From Candidatus Dadabacteria bacterium (GTDB lineage: Bacteria; Desulfobacterota_D; UBA1144; Nemesobacterales; CSP1-2), in contig PSLL01000009.1 of the NCBI GenBank assembly GCA_040289575.1, positions 23,227 to 33,400 of the forward strand: 10,174 bases of DNA, in the 5' to 3' direction. Under the pieces are notes generated by a model. The model worked only from the letters and a program-made list of their open reading frames with translations, had not been told where the DNA came from and searched no databases. Shown one piece after another: positions 6,887-10,174 of this stretch. Both the position numbers and the translations under genes were made by a program. The first letter of the stretch is position 1. Each line of letters starts with the position of its first letter.

Positions 6887-6914
6887 TTGAAAAGCCTCTA
6901 TTTCGCTGTATATT
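6887..6914 (+). promoter_or_regulatory. Sigma70 promoter for the fluoride riboswitch / hyf-like operon
   Basis: TTGAAA (6887-6892) - 16 nt - TATATT (6909-6914). Predicted TSS ~6921, ~14 nt before the aptamer. Confidence 0.5.
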
Positions 6915-6934
6915 TATACGGAGGCGTTTTCCAA

Positions 6935-6996
6935 TAAAGGCAATGGGGTTCTGCCTTTAACCACCGTCCCGACCGGGGCAGTTGATGACTCCTACA
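6935..6996 (+). ncRNA. Fluoride riboswitch (crcB motif) aptamer
   Basis: P1 TAAAGGCA (6935-6942)/TGCCTTTA (6952-6959); loop ATGGGGTTC; linker AACCAC; P2 GTCCC-GACC-GGGGC; 3' GTTGATGACTCCTAC. Pseudoknot GGGGTT (6945-6950)/GACTCC (6987-6992). Matches the consensus GGCGATGGxGTTCGCC..AAACCGC..GCTGATGACxCCTAC, including a compensatory A6963-T6982 pair in place of G-C. Confidence 0.92.
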
Positions 6997-7044
6997 GAAA
7001 CTAGCCAATTGCGACTGGATTATAGAATGCAGGAGTAAATCAAT
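6981..7044 (+). promoter_or_regulatory. Riboswitch expression platform (anti-aptamer / SD-sequestering hairpin)
   Basis: GTTGATGACTCCTACA (6981-6996) is complementary to TGCAGGAGTAAATCAAT (7028-7044), ~14 pairs with one mismatch and a small internal loop. The 3' arm contains AGGAG (7031-7035). No U-tract follows. Confidence 0.65.
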
Positions 7045-7046
7045 CA

Positions 7047-7250
7047 GTGAAATACAGCGTATTGAACTATATCGTTGTTGGCTATAGCCGCAATCAGGTG
7101 AGGATTAAACTCAGCCTACTTAAGAAATTTAGCCTTCTGTTTTTGACCGACTTTCTCAAGCAAAAGCCATTTCAGGGTTGCTGTCAAAATCTTTCAGACA
7201 ATTTAGGATTTGACCCACTATTGTTAAGCATAGCAGAGGTGTACCGATGA
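7047..7250 (+). CDS. Possible 67-aa leader ORF (no recognisable family)
   Basis: GTG start 11 nt after the sequesterable AGGAG; its stop overlaps the hyfC-like start (ATGA, 7247-7250). The peptide has no recognisable motif and may be non-coding. Confidence 0.25.
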   Translation: MKYSVLNYIVVGYSRNQVRIKLSLLKKFSLLFLTDFLKQKPFQGCCQNLSDNLGFDPLLLSIAEVYR

Positions 7251-8197
7251 CTGGTAGAATCCTTTTTAATCTAATTCAAGTCCTGGTGGTGATGGCGTTT
7301 GCGCCTTTGACGAAGGGAGTGCTCAATCGCCTTATAGAGCAGGTTCAGTCCAAGCGTGGGCCCAGCATCTTTCAGCCCTATAGAGACATTTGGAAGCTCT
7401 TCCATAAGGACGAGGTTGTCCCGGAGCAGAGTTCTTGGATCTTTCGGTTCACCCCATACATCGTCTTTATCACCCCGATCTTTGTGGCTCTCCTTATTCC
7501 AGTACTTACGGCGTATCCCCTTTTTTTCGCCTTCATGGGGGATATGCTGGGCGGTGGATTCATATTGGCACTGGGCGGTTTCTTTGCAACACTTGCCGCC
7601 GTGGACACGAGCAACCCTTACGGTCCTATGGGAGCCAGTCGGACACGAATGGTTGGTTTCCTTGCCGAGCCGGTCTTCATGATCGTGTTTTTCACAGTCT
7701 CATTCGTAGCAGGATCCACCATACCGTATATCGTCCAGAAGCAATGGGTGATGCCTTTGACCAACTTCTTCGAGCCCTCGCACGTGCTTTTGATGATTGC
7801 CTTTATGATGTTGATACTCGCCGAAGCCGGACGGATTCCCGTAGATAACCCATCCGGTCACTTCGAGCTGGCCATGATTGATGAATCCAAAGGGCTGGAG
7901 TATTCCGGTCGTGGGGCAGCCCTTATGAAGTGGGGAGGCAGCATGAAATTCTTTGTGCTGATCTGCATATTCCTAAACGTTCTAGTAATACCGTGGGGTT
8001 TGGCTGAGAAACAAGCCCTCTGGGAGGTCTTAATTGCTATACCCTTGATTCTCTTAAAGGTATTTGTACTCCTTTTGCTTATTGTGGTTATAGAATCATC
8101 GCTTGCTAAGCTAAGGCTCTTTCGCATCAGTGAGTTCATGGGAGCAGCCTTCATCACTTCAGTGGCAGCCATGATCGCTCAACTCTTTACAACATAG
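7247..8197 (+). CDS. hyfC: Respiratory complex I subunit 1 family membrane protein (HyfC/HycD/NuoH-like; hydrogenase-4 or Ehr complex)
   Basis: About 8 hydrophobic helices; RGPSIFQPYRDIWKLFHKD; FLAEP; AEAGRIPVDNP...ELAMIDE...LEYSG; IESSLAKLRLFR. SD GAGGTG at 7236-7241. Confidence 0.88.
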   Translation: MTGRILFNLIQVLVVMAFAPLTKGVLNRLIEQVQSKRGPSIFQPYRDIWKLFHKDEVVPEQSSWIFRFTPYIVFITPIFVALLIPVLTAYPLFFAFMGDMLGGGFILALGGFFATLAAVDTSNPYGPMGASRTRMVGFLAEPVFMIVFFTVSFVAGSTIPYIVQKQWVMPLTNFFEPSHVLLMIAFMMLILAEAGRIPVDNPSGHFELAMIDESKGLEYSGRGAALMKWGGSMKFFVLICIFLNVLVIPWGLAEKQALWEVLIAIPLILLKVFVLLLLIVVIESSLAKLRLFRISEFMGAAFITSVAAMIAQLFTT

Positions 8198-8207
8198 GAG
8201 GTTAAAT

Positions 8208-8900
8208 GTGCTAGATCTAAGCTCGACGTCACCGATCTTTAGCCAGTTAAATGCCTCAGTGGGAGGCTTGTTTCTTCTTAGCGCCTTCGGACTCGTGATA
8301 GTACGCCAGGCGCAAGCATGCTTATTGATATTTATCATCCAGTCAATTCTCTTATCAATCTCAGCGTTTCTTTTGGGCTACAGGGATGCCTCTTATCACC
8401 TTCTCGCTGTTGGAGTCCTCACATTGGTAATCAAACCAGCCTTAATTCCCTGGCTTCTGCACCGCACAGTTAGTCAGGAGATATATACATACCGTGAAAT
8501 CTCTCAGGTTATAAACATTCCCTCCTCACTGCTCATTGCCCTGGCACTTACGCTTTTCTCTTATTTCTTTGCCAATTCCCTTTTAATCATAGTTGATGGG
8601 AGCTTTGCAAAGGTAAACCTGCCTATAGGCATTGCCGGGCTTCTACTCGGGGTTTACACGCTCATGGTCAGGCGAGAGGCCATTCCCCAGTTGATCGGCA
8701 TTCTGACAATGGAAAATGGAGCCTTTTTCGCAGGCATCTCTATCAGCCCCGATTTGCCCCTCATAGCGGAGTTGGCTGCGGCATTCGACGTATTAATCAT
8801 CACTTTAGTCATGGGCATTTTAACTCGAACTATTCATGAAAACATTGGAACCACAGAGGTCGGTGCCCTAACAACATTAAAGGAGGAACCGAACCAATGA
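8208..8900 (+). CDS. hyfE: Hydrogenase-4 component E-like membrane subunit (HyfE; NuoK-like C-terminus)
   Basis: Multi-TM 230-aa protein with IKPALIPWLL and QLIGILTMENG...ELAAAFDV motifs; lies between hyfC- and hyfF-like genes. GTG start with SD AGGAGG at 8196-8201. Confidence 0.87.
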   Translation: MLDLSSTSPIFSQLNASVGGLFLLSAFGLVIVRQAQACLLIFIIQSILLSISAFLLGYRDASYHLLAVGVLTLVIKPALIPWLLHRTVSQEIYTYREISQVINIPSSLLIALALTLFSYFFANSLLIIVDGSFAKVNLPIGIAGLLLGVYTLMVRREAIPQLIGILTMENGAFFAGISISPDLPLIAELAAAFDVLIITLVMGILTRTIHENIGTTEVGALTTLKEEPNQ

Positions 8901-10174
8901 TCCTGATTGTCATACTGGTCATTCCACTTCTTGCTTCGGGACTTTCATTTATTCCCCTTGGCAGAAGGTTTGCCCCGGCTGTAACGCTGATAGGGGCCAT
9001 AGCTGTATTGATCGCATCCCTGCGCGTGGCGCTTCGAGTCGCTTCCGGAAATCGGGTTGTAATGACTGAGAACTGGATGTCATGCGATGGTCTCAGTGCC
9101 CTCGTGCTGTTACTTATCGCTTTGGTTGGTGTAACCGCCGCCCTCTTCTCATGGGGTTACGTGGAGAAAATAAGCCACAGCAGCAGTCATGAGAAACTGC
9201 GATATTACTATGCCAACTACAACCTGTTTCTCCTGTCCCTATTGGCGGCTCCTCTTTTTGTAGAGCTGGCATTGGTTTGGATTGCCGTTGAACTGACTAC
9301 ACTCCTTTCAGTACTGCTCGTCGGATTTGAGAACACACGTGAAGCCCTGGAGGCTGCCTGGAAATACATAGTGCTGACACTGATGGGAGCCGCTATCGCC
9401 CTCCTCGGTTTTCTCATACTCTTTTGGGGATTGCGTGCCTCGGGTAGCAACATTTACACATGGGATGGGCTTATCGCTACCGCACCCAATATGCCCCCTG
9501 TTCTGCTTCAAACCGCCTTTCTCCTGATACTCGTTGGCTTTGGCGCAAAGGCAGGGCTTGTTCCCCTGCATACATGGCTCCCGGATGCCCATAGCCAAGC
9601 CCCGTCGCCCGTGTGTGCACTGCTCTCCGGTGTAGAGACCACTGCCGTGTTATACGCCATTCTTAGACTGATTCCCATACTCAATGCCGTGCCTTCCCTT
9701 CGAGCCGGGACATGGGCTGTTGTCTTCGGTCTAATTTCCGTGGGTGTAGCGGCATTCCTGCTCCTTCAGGTGAGGGATTATAAACGCCTTTTTGCCTATT
9801 CTACTGTGGAGCACATGGGGATTATTCTTGTCGCAACAGGGCTGGGTAGTTCAGCAGCCCATTATGGTGCCGTTTATCAGATATTGAGTCATGCCATTAC
9901 TAAGTCCTTCTGTTTCTTCGCTGCCGGTGCCGTTCTACTGGCTGTGGGAACACGTGAGATTACGTCAGTTCAAGGACTGATCCGCACTTCTCCAACCACC
10001 GGGATAGCCCTGCTTTTTGGTGGACTCGCGATTTCTGGAGCGCCTCCATTCGCAGTCTTCTTGAGCGAGTTCTCCATTCTCAAGGCAGGGCTATCCAACA
10101 GTCAATACATAGCCGTGGGACTTTTAGCCCTCTTTATTGTAATTGCCTTCTTCGGTATCATGCTCCACATCAAC
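8897..10174 (+). CDS. hyfF: Hydrogenase-4 component F-like proton-translocating antiporter-like subunit (HyfF; NuoL/M/N/MrpD family), 3'-truncated
   Basis: Not in the ORF track (no stop in window). ATG 8897 overlaps the hyfE stop (ATGA); SD AGGAGG at 8881-8886; open for 426 codons. Motifs WIAVELTT, ALEAAWKY, GFGAKAGLVPLHTWLPDAHSQAPSPV, DYKRLFAYSTVEHMG, SHAITKS, GAPPFAVFLSEF. Confidence 0.9.
   Translation, partial: MILIVILVIPLLASGLSFIPLGRRFAPAVTLIGAIAVLIASLRVALRVASGNRVVMTENWMSCDGLSALVLLLIALVGVTAALFSWGYVEKISHSSSHEKLRYYYANYNLFLLSLLAAPLFVELALVWIAVELTTLLSVLLVGFENTREALEAAWKYIVLTLMGAAIALLGFLILFWGLRASGSNIYTWDGLIATAPNMPPVLLQTAFLLILVGFGAKAGLVPLHTWLPDAHSQAPSPVCALLSGVETTAVLYAILRLIPILNAVPSLRAGTWAVVFGLISVGVAAFLLLQVRDYKRLFAYSTVEHMGIILVATGLGSSAAHYGAVYQILSHAITKSFCFFAAGAVLLAVGTREITSVQGLIRTSPTTGIALLFGGLAISGAPPFAVFLSEFSILKAGLSNSQYIAVGLLALFIVIAFFGIMLHIN

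Noticed and set aside
7960..8160. Local GC dip at the 3' end of the hyfC-like gene, suggesting a mosaic gene
   Set aside because: Explained by Leu/Ile/Val/Phe-rich transmembrane coding; the frame and motifs are continuous.
8206..8214. Mini-ORF ATG-TGC-TAG overlapping the hyfE GTG start
   Set aside because: The ATG is only 4 nt from the SD, whereas the in-frame GTG has better 6-nt spacing; likely coincidence.
730..9598. Many short ORFs in the track (e.g. 730-912, 1365-1643, 2572-2862, 5840-6067, 6731-6937, 7435-7848, 7858-8172, 9217-9453, 9308-9598)
   Set aside because: They lie antisense or out of frame within well-supported genes or regulatory DNA, and have no recognisable motifs; treated as shadow ORFs.
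7247..10174. Calling the operon a genuine [NiFe] hydrogenase-4 / formate hydrogenlyase
   Set aside because: Only membrane subunits are visible; the catalytic large subunit and its NiFe-binding cysteines are outside the window, so hydrogenase versus Ehr cannot be decided.

Overview
Bacterial window with three modules. (1) Cobamide salvage/remodelling genes: the 3' end of a CbiR-like TIM-barrel phosphodiesterase overlapping cobU (+). These meet tail-to-tail (7 bp gap) a minus-strand run queC - O-methyltransferase - queE - cobT, in which queE and cobT overlap by ATGA. (2) A cytochrome c-FTR1 (PbrT-type) iron permease with a Fur-box-overlapped promoter and an extra ~100-aa His/Glu-rich C-terminal tail. 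(3) A fluoride riboswitch, transcribed divergently from the permease, upstream of hydrogenase-4/Ehr-type membrane subunits (hyfC-, hyfE-, hyfF-like; operon runs off the window). No fluc/crcB or CLC-F exporter is visible in the window. The two best candidates for undescribed biology are the fluoride-switched, complex-I-like membrane machine with an SD-sequestering platform and coupled leader ORF, and the linkage of 7-deazaguanine and methyltransferase genes to lower-ligand activation and cobamide remodelling. All family assignments come from motif recognition by eye; no database searches were run.
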